Made by a program: the position numbers and the translations under genes. From Laetmonice hystrix (Eukaryota): a DNA stretch of 64,000 bases. Positions 24,849-38,764 of this stretch are shown here, piece by piece (positions within the stretch are counted from its first letter, which is position 1; every line of letters begins with the position of its first letter). The DNA lies in assembly GCA_965235115.1 (NCBI GenBank), contig OZ249436.1:5830001-5894000 (forward strand), in the 5' to 3' direction. The notes under the pieces were generated by a model. That model did not search any database and was not told the DNA's origin. It was given only the letters and a program-made list of their open reading frames with translations.

Positions 24849-25879
24849 CACTCACTCACCCAGCAGTTTTGTTACCCTGTGATAGTTTTCACAGTGTACT
24901 CCTGACAGGCAGGTGTTTAATTCACTCACTCACCCAGCAGTTTTGTTACCCTGTGATAGTTTTCACAGTGTACTCCTGACAGGCAGGTGTTTAATTCACT
25001 CACTCACCCAGCAGTTTTGTTACCCTGTGATAGTTTTCACAGTGTACTCCTGACAGGCAGGTGTTTAATTCACTCACTCACCCAGCAGTTTTGTTACCCT
25101 GTGATAGTTTTCACAGTGTACTCCTGACAGGCAGGTGTTTAATTCACTCACTCACCCAGCAGTTTTGTTACCCTGTGATAGTTTTCACAGTGTACTCCTG
25201 ACAGGCAGGTGTTTAATTCACTCACTCACCCAGCAGTTTTGTTACCCTGTGATAGTTTTCACAGTGTACTCCTGACAGGCAGGTGTTTAATTCACTCACT
25301 CACCCAGCAGTTTTGTTACCCTGTGATAGTTTTCACAGTGTACTCCTGACAGGCAGGTGTTTAATTCACTCACTCACCCAGCAGTTTTGTTACCCTGTGA
25401 TAGTTTTCAGTGTACTCCTGACAGGCAGGTGTTTAATTCACTCACTCACCCAGCAGTTTTGTTACCCTGTGATAGTTTTCAGTGTACTCCTGACAGGCAG
25501 GTGTTTAATTCACTCACTCACCCAGCAGTTTTGTTACCCTGTGATAGTTTTCACAGTGTACTCCTGACAGGCAGGTGTTTAATTCACTCACTCACCCAGC
25601 AGTTTTGTTACCCTGTGATAGTTTTCAGTGTACTCCTGACAGGCAGGTGTTTAATTCACTCACTCAGTCAGCAGTTTTGTTACCCTGTGATAGTTTTCAC
25701 AGTGTACTCCTGACAGGCAGGTGTTTAATTCACTCACTCACCCAGCAGTTTTGTTACCCTGTGATAGTTTTCACAGTGTACTCCTGACAGGCAGGTGTTT
25801 AATTCACTCACTCACCCAGCAGTTTTGTTACCCTGTGATAGTTTTCACAGTGTACTCCTGACAGGCAGGTGTCTAATTC
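24849..25879. repeat. Minisatellite, 74-bp unit (72-bp variant), ~14 copies
   Basis: Unit AATTCACTCACTCACCCAGCAGTTTTGTTACCCTGTGATAGTTTTCACAGTGTACTCCTGACAGGCAGGTGTTT. Confidence 0.97.
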
Positions 25880-27753
25880 CCATGGCACCAATATTATTGG
25901 TACACTGTACTAATCTAAAACTCTATATGAAGAAACCTTCAGCCCTTACAGTGCATTTCCAATGGTTTTTGTCTTTTTGGTCTTGAATTCATGAAAGATA
26001 TCTGAATGTTACATGTCTCCGGTTTAGATGTCATAAGGTATGTCGTAAATGGAGGTTGACTTGTCAGGTAGTCGAGTTACAACGTCAGTAATGGTTTGTT
26101 TAAATGAAGTGTGAGGATTACCTTGTTCATGTTCCAAGTCTATGCATGCGCCGTCATGCATAGACTACCTACACCATGTGGCTTTGTGGGAACTACACGC
26201 CATCATGCAATCATGCATTAGACTTGCAATCTTCTATGTACTCGTATTCAAACCTTTCTTTTCATGTCATATTTTCAGAAGGGTCTCTTACACTTTAAAT
26301 AGACAAAATGATATAATACGTTGCCTTTAGGGAACATGTTTTGTTAAAGTGGATGATAGCGTTACATTTAATGCCTCGACCTAAATAGCAATAACTCTTC
26401 ATGAGTCAGCCAGTGTGTGGACACTGGATCTATTTCACTCATGACAGAGCTTACAATTAATCCGTTCCTTATGAAAAAGGTACATCGCCTGCCTGATTAA
26501 TAGAGCCAGCAACACGCACCCTGGTTTCGATGTGGTATATTAAAATAGACTTTATTATGGAACTGGTCAATGGTCAGTCGAGGTGTAGGACAGTACGTGA
26601 TGGTTAGTGTGACACATGTATCTTAGTTTTGTACTGACGTCTTACCGCCCCCAGCACAGTCCTAGATATGATTTCACAGCTCTCTCAGCCTTGGGAATGC
26701 ATGACTGTGGGGTGGCCTCCTTGAGACTGCCATTTGTCAGGGGCGGGTAAAGACTGATGGTTAGTGCAGGGGCCGAGGCAGAGATAAATATCCTTCTCCC
26801 CAACAAGGCTGCACTTTCTCACCATTTTCTGACCTGCCAGGTAACAACGTTAAATGATGCCTCCTTGCCTATTTATCACTCACGGAAACATATTTAATGA
26901 CTTTTCTGTCACATTTATCATATTTTCCTGCTGTAATTTAATGGCTTCGAGATCTACTCGGGAGATAGATTTGAAATTTGTGCTGATATATTGGAACGTT
27001 TTGACCGGGCTGTTCAGCAAGCGGCTGCGTTGGGTCTGCCCTCTGCGACAGCTCCTCCAAATCAGCCCTTTGCCGGGAAATAAACAAGGCATCTTTCATA
27101 TTGAGCGATAGATCCGGCGCTCTGGTAGCCATCCCTCATCCCCGCCAGCATAATGGTGATTGTTTCATCTTATTAGCATCTAACTGCTCATCAGGCGAGC
27201 CATGCACATTGCCGGGCCCATGATGTGTGTGAAGTTGATGATGTTGGGCCCAAGTTTATCATGACTACCAAAGCCAGCTGCAGATACAACATGAGTCCCG
27301 CCAACACAGGATAATCACTTCAAGTCCCTTTAAGGGCGACAGAGGATGCGAAGGGCCATAAAAACGCTTGGCATTGTTCGTCGAATATCAATTTGATTTA
27401 TGACGTTCTATCAGGAGATGGAGATTTTTAAAGTATAAGTAGGACGTAGAGAACCCCCCCCCCCCTCCCCGGCTTATCGGCCGTATGGTAGTATAGTACA
27501 AGTTATCATGTTACCATTGTATCCAGATAATACTGCCACAGGAACTGGTTGTGAACGGAGAAAAAACCTCGACGAGAGAGAGATACCGTTGGTTTAGTGA
27601 GTGGCAGTTCGCTGCCCCTAGTCGGCGGAGCCGTCAGTCAGCTGTCGGTTCTCCTGGGGAGATAGTTGGACAATGTGAGGAGATCTGCTGATTGATGGAT
27701 ACACAGCTGATCATTACGTGACCATCAGGTACAGGATGCCTCCTGAGGTACTT

Positions 27754-30700
27754 ACCATTGACGGAGCGCATGGCGGGCCTAGTCTGCCACTCTCTCACCC
27801 GGACCACTCTCTCCCCCAGACCCCCACCGTATTCTGATCTGTCTCACTGTATGAGACCATTGACGGAGCGCATGCCGGGCCTAGTCTACCACTCTCACCC
27901 CCAGACCCCCACCGTATTCTGATCTGTCTCACTGTATGAGACCATTGACGGAGCGCATGGCGAGCCTAGTCTGCCACTCTCTCCCCCAGACCCCCACCGT
28001 ATTCTGATCTGTCTCACTGTATGAGACCATAGACGGAGCGCATGCCGGGCCTAGTCTGCCACTCTCACCCCCAGACCCCCACCGTATTCTGATCTGTCTG
28101 ACTGTATGAGACCATTGACGGACCCCATGCCGGGCCTAGTCTACCACTCTCCCCCCCAGACCCCCACCGTATTCTGATCTGTCTGACTGTATGAGACCAT
28201 TGACGGACCCCATGCCGGGCCTAGTCTACCACTCTCTCCCCCAGACCCCCACCGTATTCTGATGTCTCACTGTATGAGACCATTGACGGACCCCATGCCG
28301 GGCCTAGTCTACCACTCTCTCCCCCAGACCCCCACCGTATTCTGATCTGTCTCACTGTATGAGACCATTGACGGAGCGCATGCCGGGCCTAGCCTGCCAC
28401 TCTCACCCCCAGACCCCCACCGTATTCTGATCTGTCTCACTGTATGAGACCATTGACGGAGCGCATGGCGGGCCTAGTCTGCCACTCTCTCCCCCAGACC
28501 CTCACCGTATTCTGATCTGTCTCACTGTATGAGACCATTGACGGAGCGCATGCCGGGCCTAGCCTGCCACTCTCACCCCCAGACCCCCACCGTATTCTGA
28601 TCTGTCTCACTGTATGAGACCATTGACGGAGCGCATGGCGGGCCTAGTCTGCCACTCTCTCCCCCAGACCCTCACCGTATTCTGATCTGTCTCACTGTAT
28701 GAGACCATTGACGGACCCCATGCCGGGCCTAGTCTGCCACTCTCTCCCCCAGACCCCCACCGTATTCTGATCTGTCTCACTGTATGAGACCATTGGCGGA
28801 CCCCATGCCGGGCCTAGTCTGCCACTCTCTCCCCCAGACCCCCACCGTATTCTGATCTGTCTCACGGTATGTGACCATTGACGGAGCGCATGCCGGGCCT
28901 AGTCTGCCACTCTCTCCCCCAGACCCCCACCGTATTCTGATCTGTCTCACTGTATGAGACCATTGACGGACCCCATGCCGGGCCTAGTCTGCCACTCTCT
29001 CCCCCAGACCCCCACCGTATTCTGATCTGTCTCACTGTATGAGACCATTGACGGAGCGCATGGCGGGCCTAGTCTGCCACTCTCTCACCCAGACCCCCAC
29101 CGTATTCTGATCTGTCTCACTGTATGAGACCATTGACGGAGCGCATGGCGGGCCTAGTCTGCCACTCTCTCCCCCAGACCCCCACCGTATTCTGATCTGT
29201 CTCACTGTATGAGACCATTGACGGAGCGCATGGCGGGCCTAGTCTGCCACTCTCTCCCCCAGACCCCCACCGTATTCTGATCTGTCTCACTGTATGAGAC
29301 CATTGACGGACCCCATGCCGGGCCTAGTCTGCCACTCTCTCCCCCAGACCCCCACCGTATTCTGATCTGTCTCACTGTATGAGACCATTGACGGAGCGCA
29401 TGGCGGGCCTAGTCTGCCACTCTCTCCCCCAGACCCCCACCGTATTCTGATCTGTCTCACTGTATGAGACCATTGACGGAGCGCATGCCGGGCCTAGTCT
29501 ACCACTCTCTCCCCCAGACCCCCACCGTATTCTGATCTGTCTCACTGTATGAGACCATTGACGGAGCGCATGCCGGGCCTAGTCTGTCAGTCTCTCCCCC
29601 AGACCCCCACCGTATTCTGATCTGATCTCACGGTATGAGACCATTGACGGAGCGCATGGCGGACCTAGTCTGCCACTCTCTCCCCCAGACCCCCACCGTA
29701 TTCTGATCTGATCTCACTGTATGAGACCATTGACGGAGCGCATGGCGGGCCTAGCCTGCCACTCTCACCCCCAGACCCCCACCGTATTCTGATCTGTCTC
29801 ACTGTATGAGACCATTGACGGAGCGCATGCCGGGCCTAGTCTACCACTCTCTCCCCCAGACCCCCACCGTATTCTGATCTATCTCACTGTATGAGACCAT
29901 TGACGGAGCGCATGGCGGGCCTAGTCTACCACTCTCTCCCCCAGACCCCCACCGTATTCTGATCTGTCTCACTGTATGGGACCATTGACGGAGCGCATGG
30001 CGGGCCTAGCCTGCCACTCTCTCCCCCAGACCCCCACCGTATTCTGATCTGATCTCACTGTATGAGACCATTGACGGACCCCATGCCGGGCCTAGCCTGC
30101 CACTCTCTCCCCCAGACCCCCACCGTATTCTGATCTGTCTCACTGTATGAGACCATTGACGGAGCGCATGCCGGGCCTAGTCTGCCACTCTCTCCCCCAG
30201 ACCCCCACCGTATTCTGATCTGTCTCACTGTATGAGACCATTGACAGAGCGCATGCCGGGCCTAGTCTGCCACTCTCTCCCCCAGACCCCCACCGTATTC
30301 TGATCTGTCTCACTGTATGAGACCATTGACGGAGCGCATGGCGGGCCTAGTCTGCCACTCTCTCCCCCAGACCCCCACCGTATTCTGATCTGTCTCACTG
30401 TATGAGACCATTGACGGAGCGCATGCCGGGCCTAGTCTGCCACTCTCTCCCCCAGACCCCCACCGTATTCTGATCTGTCTCACTGTATGAGACCATTGAC
30501 GGAGCGCATGGCGGGCCTAGCCTGCCACTCTCTCCCCCAGACCCCCACCGTATTCTGATCTGTCTCACTGTATGAGACCATTGACGGAGCGCATGCCGGG
30601 CCTAGTCTACCACTCTCTCCCCCAGACCCCCACCGTATTCTGATCTGATCTCACTGTATGAGACCATTGACGGAGCGCATGCCGGGCCTAGTCTGTCAGT

Positions 30701-31684
30701 CTCTCCCCCAGACCCCCACCGTATTCTGATCTGTCTCACTGTATGAGACCATTGACGGAGCGCATGGCGGGCCTAGTCTACCACTCTCTCCCCCAGACCC
30801 CCACCGTATTCTGATCTGTCTCACTGTATGAGACCATTGACGGAGCGCATGGCGGGCCTAGTCTACCACTCTCTCCCCCAGGCCCCCACCGTATTCTGAT
30901 CTATCTCACTGTATGAGACCATTGACGGAGCGCATGGCGGGCCTAGTCTGCCACTCTCTCCCCCAGGCCCCCACCGTATTCTGATCTGATCTCACTGTAT
31001 GAGACCATTGACGGAGCGCATGGCGGGCCTAGTCTGCCACTCTCCCCCCAGACCCCCACCGTATTCTGATCTGTCTCACTGTATGAGACCATTGACGGAC
31101 CCCATGCCGGGCCTAGTCTGCCACTCTCTCCCCCAGACCCCCACCGTATTCTGATCTGTCTCACTGTATGAGACCATTGACGGAGCGCATGCCGGGCCTA
31201 GTCTGCCACTCTCTCCCCCAGACCCCCACCGTATTCTGATCTGTCTCACTGTATGAGACCATTGACGGAGCGCATGCCGGGCCTAGCCTGCCACTCTCTC
31301 CCCCAGACCCCCACCGTATTCTGATCTGTCTCACTGTATGAGACCATTGACGGACCCCATGCCGGGCCTAGTCTACCACTCTCTCCCCCAGACCCCCACC
31401 GTATTCTGATCTGTCTCACTGTATGAGACCATTGACGGAGCGCATGGCGGGCCTTGTCTGCCACTCTCTCCCCCAGACCCCCACCGTATTCTGATCTGTC
31501 TCACTGTATGAGACCATTGACGGAGCGCATGCCGGGCCTAGTCTGGCACTCTCTCCCCCAGACCCCCACCGTATTCTGATCTGTCTCACTGTATGAGACC
31601 ATTGACGGAGCGCATGCCGGGCCTAGTCTGCCACTCTCTCCCCCAGACCCCCACCGTATTCTGATCTCATCTCACTGGATGAGA
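27754..31684. repeat. Minisatellite, 85-bp unit, ~46 copies, GC/CpG-rich
   Basis: Unit GACCATTGACGGAGCGCATGCCGGGCCTAGTCTGCCACTCTCTCCCCCAGACCCCCACCGTATTCTGATCTGTCTCACTGTATGA. Confidence 0.98.
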
Positions 31685-34600
31685 AAACTGGGACCCTTTC
31701 CCCGCCACGTATTTGTTCTTCGGTCATCAACTTGTACTTTATCTGGGACACAAATCACCTTGTCATTGATCGCTTCCTCGTACATGTTAGCTTTCTTATA
31801 AACTGCCGGCAGATCAAAAGGCAGGAGGGAATTTATCAGAGGCATACATCAGTCGGTTCCCAGGCTTGAAATCTCTACAGGCACTCATAGAAGTGACAGG
31901 AGTGTAGCATAATGTTGGTGCAAGGGCCATTAAATTGTGCTCTTTGTTAGCCTGGCGCGCTCAGGTTACGGCCCCACAGAATGAGGGCCACCAGTTTGCA
32001 AGGACTTCACAGACAGCGGTCATGTCAAGAGGCAGTCCCGTCCACTGCCCTATCAGCTGTCAGCAAGGTTTGACTTTATAAATGACAATGTTTGCGTGCT
32101 GATATTATGTCCTGTAGCCATGAGTCATACTTGATATATGTAACATACCAAGTCAGTTGACTTTGATTGTATCCAAGGCTGTATTTGTGGAGATACATGT
32201 ACGTAACGTGTTTTGATTATAGACACTTGATGTAAAATATATTTTACAATATGAATTGTAAATTCTTTCTATATGTCCGGGGGAAGTATGATGGAACTGG
32301 TCTTTGTTGTTTTTTTTTCAAAATTTCTTTTCATTCTGCTCTGGGGATAGTTGCACTCATAGTTAATATTAAACTAATTCTAATTCAGATACATCAGTCA
32401 AGAGGCTTGTGGCGCCAAACCAGCGTGTTTACCTGAAGTTCAGCGTTTCTGATCTTAGTCCCCGACAGAAAGAGTTTATGAATTATGAGTGTACTCGCCC
32501 GGCAGCAGGTTGCAGAGGAGATTTCTACATCCGGGTCATTAGTCTATCCACTACCGGGTTGGGGTCACGGGAGTACAGAAACAATATCCCACTGTATATA
32601 ATTTGCCACTTTACAATACTAGCCTAGAGGTTTCACAGGAGGTGCCTGGTCGAGACAGGGCACACTTCTTGCTTCCATCTTCGCAGGGTAAACGTTTTAT
32701 CGGAGAAGAAGACCATGTAGATATAAGAATCACGCAGTAGCACTGTGGCCAGTGTTTATGACGTATGTTGTGAGACGTAAAGTGATTTGACACGGGTGTT
32801 TTCAGCACCAGTGTCCTGGTGGCAGAACGGCTATGTCAGTACGACCCGTCTACTGGTGACGTGACCTGTCATCTCAATAGATGGCGCCGCTGTAGGCATA
32901 TCCCGGAGGGGCCTTTTCTGCAGGTCAATGAGAACTTTAGGTTTCAGTTTTCGCTCTATCAAATCTATCAGCTGCTACTGCTGTCCTCAGTCCCTGAGTG
33001 ATGACAACAACTTTGAGGGAAGAAAATCGGTCAGGAAGAAAAACAGACATAGTTACTGACACTGTCTTTACCCGTTAGGGTATTATGCTTCTGAGCCCTA
33101 AAGTTTACCTTTGTCTTCAGCGTAATGTTTCGGAAGTGCCTAGGTCAACTAGTTTATCACTTTACTTCAAAATCAAGGACGGTCTCAGCATTAGACACGT
33201 CAAATAGATCTGTCATGTACATCAAAATGACTTCCTGGTAACCATCTTAGGTTTAACTTGACTTAGACATGTTGACACGAGCGTCTTGTATGAGTAGTTT
33301 GGGCCTGAATTTGTAGGAACATGTCGTCCTCTAGTTTGTGTTTAGCTAAAGTCAGAATGGTGTGTTGGAAAATGGGCCCATATCGTAGGACGGGGATAAT
33401 AAATCTAATTTTTCTATCCCCTGTAGTCGCTGTATAAAACTCTTTGATCCTTGTGTAAGTCATAAAGTGTATAGGACAGATGGTAACCTTCTGTTGCGGT
33501 CATGGTTTTTTTAATATTAACATTGACTTATGAGACGTACCAGTATATCTTTATATGTATAATTAAGGCGCTGACAATGCTGATATCACACTAAACATCT
33601 TTTGTTGGACGTCATCTTATTTTCTAGAATCGTTTCTATAGATTCCAGCCTTAGCGGGGTAAAGGCTGGAGGAAGAGTCCATTTAATAAATAAATCAAAC
33701 TTGAAAGAGTTATCTTGGCGATAAGGAAGGGAAGTTATACATTTTTCTAGGTAATTCTATTCAACTAACTCTAAACCGCAGTGTGATATGGGAATGCTGT
33801 TTTTATGGTGATCCGTGTGATAGATGGGATTCACTGCATAGCCTCGTGGATTTTTGTTTTCTTTTACTTCAGCTAAGATAAGAGACAATATCTTAATGAA
33901 TAGAAACCTAAGTTTAGGATGTCATTCATATCACTGAAACATGATTCATTACCAACTTGTTCTATTCGTAGATTTAGATTGCTTTCCAAGAGAAATGTAT
34001 TTGCTACGATTAATTAAATAATGGAGAGAAAAACTGATTAATAGGCCAGGATGATTAGCTCGTGTTCAAATCCTCAATCATCAGAGACTAGTAAATTTCC
34101 AACATACAAGTGTTTTCTTTTTTTAACGTTTGATACTACAATTTTCATTTTCTAAGACGGCAAGGAGATAAAGCATATCTCTTCATTGTTACCGCTTATT
34201 CCAGTCGGCTGATTAAATCCCGATTTTTGATACGTAAGGCAATGATTATGTTCATTAAGCGGTGTATTTTATGTCACCTTCATTTCGGTAGAGTCTGCAT
34301 CTATCTGATGAGAGGGTGGGAAATATTTCCTGAACCAGAGAATGTAGTGTATCTGCGATGAAACGTAATACTTCCGAGCCTCAACACAATCGTATTCATA
34401 CAAACAGCAATTCATAAAAGAGAAAAGATATTCATTAACTTATCTTCTTATACGGTGGCATAAAGTAGAAAGGCATCACTTTGATGTCTGAAGTGTTTCA
34501 TTGATACTGGTTGTATGTAAATATTCAGGGACAATAGATGGTGCTTGGCGTGATCCTATCCCATAATATCATCAATCTACTCGTGCCCGTCTCCCAGCGC

Positions 34601-37600
34601 CATCGAGAATGGCAGCGTAGGGAATGATGCATAGACTCATAATGGTTACTGGCACCACAATTGTCTCCTTGATTTGTCATTTTTTTTCTAATGCTCCTTG
34701 TCTTGTCGTCATAACTCAGAATGGATCGTCTCCAACAAGTAATAGACTGATAAAGTAAAACGCCGCCCAAATTAATCATCAGCAGTAAGAATTCCAGCGC
34801 GCAATTATTCACCAACATCAGATAAAGTCAGCCACTTCACTCGGTAAAGAATAAGATATTTCTGATCACAGCGATTTGTAATACATTCGGTTTTGTGAGT
34901 TTTTTCCTCCAGCTTTGTCACTACACAGCTGCATGAATGATTGAAATGATAAAAATTGCAGTCTCAATAAAAATCAATCACTTGTGATAGATTCCCTTTG
35001 CACATTATTATTTAGATTCATCAGATAAAAGAGCAAATACATCATTCTCACCACAACTAAAAAGATGATCATTTTTAATCCCCGATGCATCATTCATAGA
35101 CAAAAAGATGCACATTAAGCATGCGTGAAGTGTTTTGAAATTCTGATTGCAGGAATTGTAGGAGGAAAAGTATTGTGCGTGTGGAGTCGATTTGGCCACA
35201 TCCAAGTAATGGGCGCCAGGTCTGGCAGGGAATCCGTAAGTTGACACGGAGAGGAAAGAGCAGCATGGCAGGCTTTCCGCTCACACTTAGCTCAGCCCAC
35301 TCGGGATTCGTTTCGCGCTAGCTGCTAGTGTCAGTGGGCCACTTTATCACACCCTGCCATTGATTCCTGCTGCATCATGATCCTAGCCTGGTTTAATGGT
35401 TCTACAAATTACTGAACAGTGTACGTATTGAGAGCGAGGGAAGGGTAATGCCATCAAGATATGACTCGGTCGCCACCCAATACGAGGCTGGAATCACATT
35501 TATGACGGCCGCCACTATGGTTAGTGGTGAGCAGAAATGTTGTACCGTGTAGTAGCAGAATGACGGAGTCGTGGCTCACAGACACAGCCTCCTGACCTTG
35601 ATTTATTAACAAGGGCTGCGGACGATATGACAACATGCTTGTAATGCAGTCCACCCGTCCTTAGAAAAGTGCCATGTAATGAAATAGAAAACGTGTTGCA
35701 TTATTGGATTAGTGCAAAGCTAGTCCGAGTCATGGCATCCGTACGTAATTGTTGGTGTAAATCGTAATTTTTGGTGCTCTTTGGGCAGGCAAAGCTGGCA
35801 GAAAGCACACGCATCAATCAACGCTAACTCAATTAAGTCATTTGCCACAAAGCGGCTGAAACGGGCACCAGTCCATGCGACACCGCAATATTGGATCAGA
35901 GCGACAGGGGGAAAATTGAAACATGGCTTTGGATTCGTTTAGCCCAGAATGGGCGCAAATTAATGTGTCGAAGCTGACAGTCCCACTGCGGTTAGCTGGA
36001 CCCAGGGGGTGGGGGCCAGAGTAGCTGTGGGGTTGAAGCCAAATGCAGCGCGTCTGGGGACACAGACATGTTGGGGCAACAAGGGCCTCTCATGTCAAAT
36101 GCCATTTGGACACCCATAAATACAAACCCGACGGCAAATATTTCACACAGCTGAAATATTCAGGCTTACCCGTGGCCTATGATAAAGACAAATTGTCGTT
36201 CTTTTGGAGCAGCATTTCCCTTCATTGATGCTGTTCACATCAAAGGGATTTGGTGGCGGACTCATGTTGGATGTGGTAGCAGATTGAATACAACTGCTGT
36301 TGATATTAACATGGGATTTGGTTGTGGAGGTGCTGGGGTGCACTTAGTGGTGGCAGGAAAGGTATGGGATGTGGCAGTGATGAATGCATCCATAAAGAGG
36401 TTGTGGGAGTGATTAAGTGACCACCACTCGGCTAACATTACGGTTCAAAGGTAAACGTTCAGTGGACGGGCGCCTGGACTGTGCATTGTTCAGCGTGTGG
36501 GTAGGAATAAAACCAAACTACACGCTGGACAGATCTGAGAATTTAATAACACGCTTCTTAGAAACAAGCTACGGTCACACGGCTGAAGCCAACGATTTCC
36601 TGTATCTACACGTCACAACCCAAGGCCTATAACGGTGGGAGTACGGAATAATCATAGCAGGATACGTGCGTTGTGTGGCACTGGTAACAACAGATGGAGA
36701 GAACAGTTATGTGTAATGTGGGTTATTCTAATGCATTGCGGGACTATCATTTTATCTTCAGTAATATAATATGCTGGTATGTTTATTCAGTGTATGGCAT
36801 CCATAGAGGATCCTAGTGAATTCTGTCGTATATGATTTATTGTTGATAGGGGAGTCGGACATATGACAGTATCATGCCACTCTGTGTAGAAGTGTTTACT
36901 TTCTAGGAAACTTGCTGGTACCCAGAGAAGTAACATTCATCAGGTTCTTACAGACAGTTGTCAGATATCTCCATTTTCTGTCAATTAGACTAGTTACCAC
37001 TTCCCATATATCTCATTGCTGACAGATCCTGGCTGAGGTCATAGCTCCTCCACATCAGGTACAGGTATGATGGGACATCTGACTCAGCCTTTTCAAACAG
37101 ATTTTAGATATTGCGCGATGTCGCTCTAGCCCTCCATACATCAGTTTGGTCTTGTGACGTACTGATTGTGTTGGTTGTAGCACGTTCTTTACAAGTTACA
37201 TGCTGGATCAATCTATAGTGTTCAGTTGTTCAATAGAAAGGATACCTATCGGTGGGACCATTGACAAAGGGCCTTTTGTTCCTTGTTTTGTTTGTTCCCA
37301 GAACCTCCCACACACCCACCCACACCGGCAAAGTTTCATAGGTAAAATGAAGAGAGTGAATTTGGAATTTTCCTACATTTTTGGACAAAAGTGCAAGAAA
37401 TTCGATATAAAATCTGTACTTGAAATAACCTGACCATGCATTTCTGTTATGTCAGATAAACGCGAAATATGATAATGTAACTGAATGGTGATTTCCGAAC
37501 TGCGTGTGTGTCATCAGGTACTGTATTTGACATTTATAGTTTGTGTTATCAGTCTAGTACTTAAAGAAAGGATCTTGGCATCAGGCAGTATATTTGTACA

Positions 37601-37614
37601 GTCCTATGGCAATA

Positions 37615-37827
37615 TACCTTAATCCCCCACTTACCTGTCCTATTCGCGAAGTGGCCAAAAATTTTCCAAGTCCGAAAATGTACTCCATTGGTCGGTGGTA
37701 ACAACCGATAACAGAACAGCCCTATCAAAACCAGGTCATGTATCTGTCACATTTTGAACAGGACATGCTGAGCTGTTTGAAATTGTATGCGCTAGGGAAT
37801 AGGACAGGTAAGTGGGGGATTAAGGTA
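37615..37827. mobile_element. MITE with perfect 29-bp TIR and TA TSD
   Basis: TA|CCTTAATCCCCCACTTACCTGTCCTATTC ... GAATAGGACAGGTAAGTGGGGGATTAAGG|TA. Confidence 0.9.
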
Positions 37828-38392
37828 TGAGGAAAGAAATGACAGTTGATTAGCTGCCGTTAAAGTCAGTTAAATCTTTCCCACTGCTTAATTCAACAAA
37901 AAGACTACAAAAAGACGTTTTTCCACAAGAAACTGGTAACCACCAACAAGCACAGTTCGTGACTTGGAGAAAGCCATGATTACAAACGTTGACTGGTGAC
38001 CGTCCGCCTTCTGTCGACTGGTAACAGTTACACATGTCAATGCTGACAGAGTGGAAGAGACGAGGAGGGTGTGTGGGGAAAGTTTGGCAGAGAAGATGAC
38101 ATCTTCTAAAGAAAAGGTACAGCTGGCGAGCATTTCTATAAATATTTACTTTTAAAATCCTAACTAGGTCAAAGAATTACCGAATCATCCACGTCCTCAA
38201 AGTCACAAAGTTGTTAGCATGTCCAGGAAAGTGTAACTTTACAGTAACGAAACTCATGTGTATACATTTGATAGACACGAGTGCCTGACACGACCCCTGG
38301 ACACGGTGAGACACGACCTCGATTTGACTCAAACACGCCCTCTCAACCGTCGGAAACCAGTGACTTCAGTGCTGTCAGCTTTTACAGAACTC

Positions 38393-38544
38393 CTGGCACC
38401 AGTTCCTAAAAACTTAACATCTTGCTTTAAGTTTAAGCTTAATGCTTCTAATTGGTTGGTCTGCTTAGTCTGCTTAGACCAGCCAATCAGAAACGTTAAA
38501 CTTGAACAAGTTGAAGATCTTAAGTTTTTAGCAACTGGGCCCTG
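38393..38544. mobile_element. Palindromic MITE (PIF/Harbinger-like), copy 2, CTG TSD
   Basis: CTG|GCACCAGTT...AACTGGGCC|CTG; homologous to 14482-14617 in the opposite orientation, with an internal GTCTGCTTA duplication. Confidence 0.85.
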
Positions 38545-38594
38545 CTGGTCTAAGTGAAGTCAGACAGAAATTTAAAAATTCAGAAGGAATTTGG

Positions 38595-38764
38595 AGTGGA
38601 GTTTTTTAGTGACGTTGAATATGGCCGATACCATGCTACAAATCGATAGGAAAAAAGTGGAGTTTTTTAGTGACGTTGAATATGGCCAATACCATGCTAC
38701 AAATCGATAAGAAAAAAGTGGAGCTTTTAGTGACGTTGAATATGGCCGATACCATGCTACAAAT
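38595..38764. repeat. 61-bp tandem repeat, ~2.8 copies
   Basis: AGTGGAGTTTTTTAGTGACGTTGAATATGGCCGATACCATGCTACAAATCGATAGGAAAAA at 38595, 38656 and 38717. Confidence 0.93.

Noticed and set aside
35173..35183. TTGTGCGTGTG resembling miR-210
   Set aside because: Short match only, with no complementary arm.
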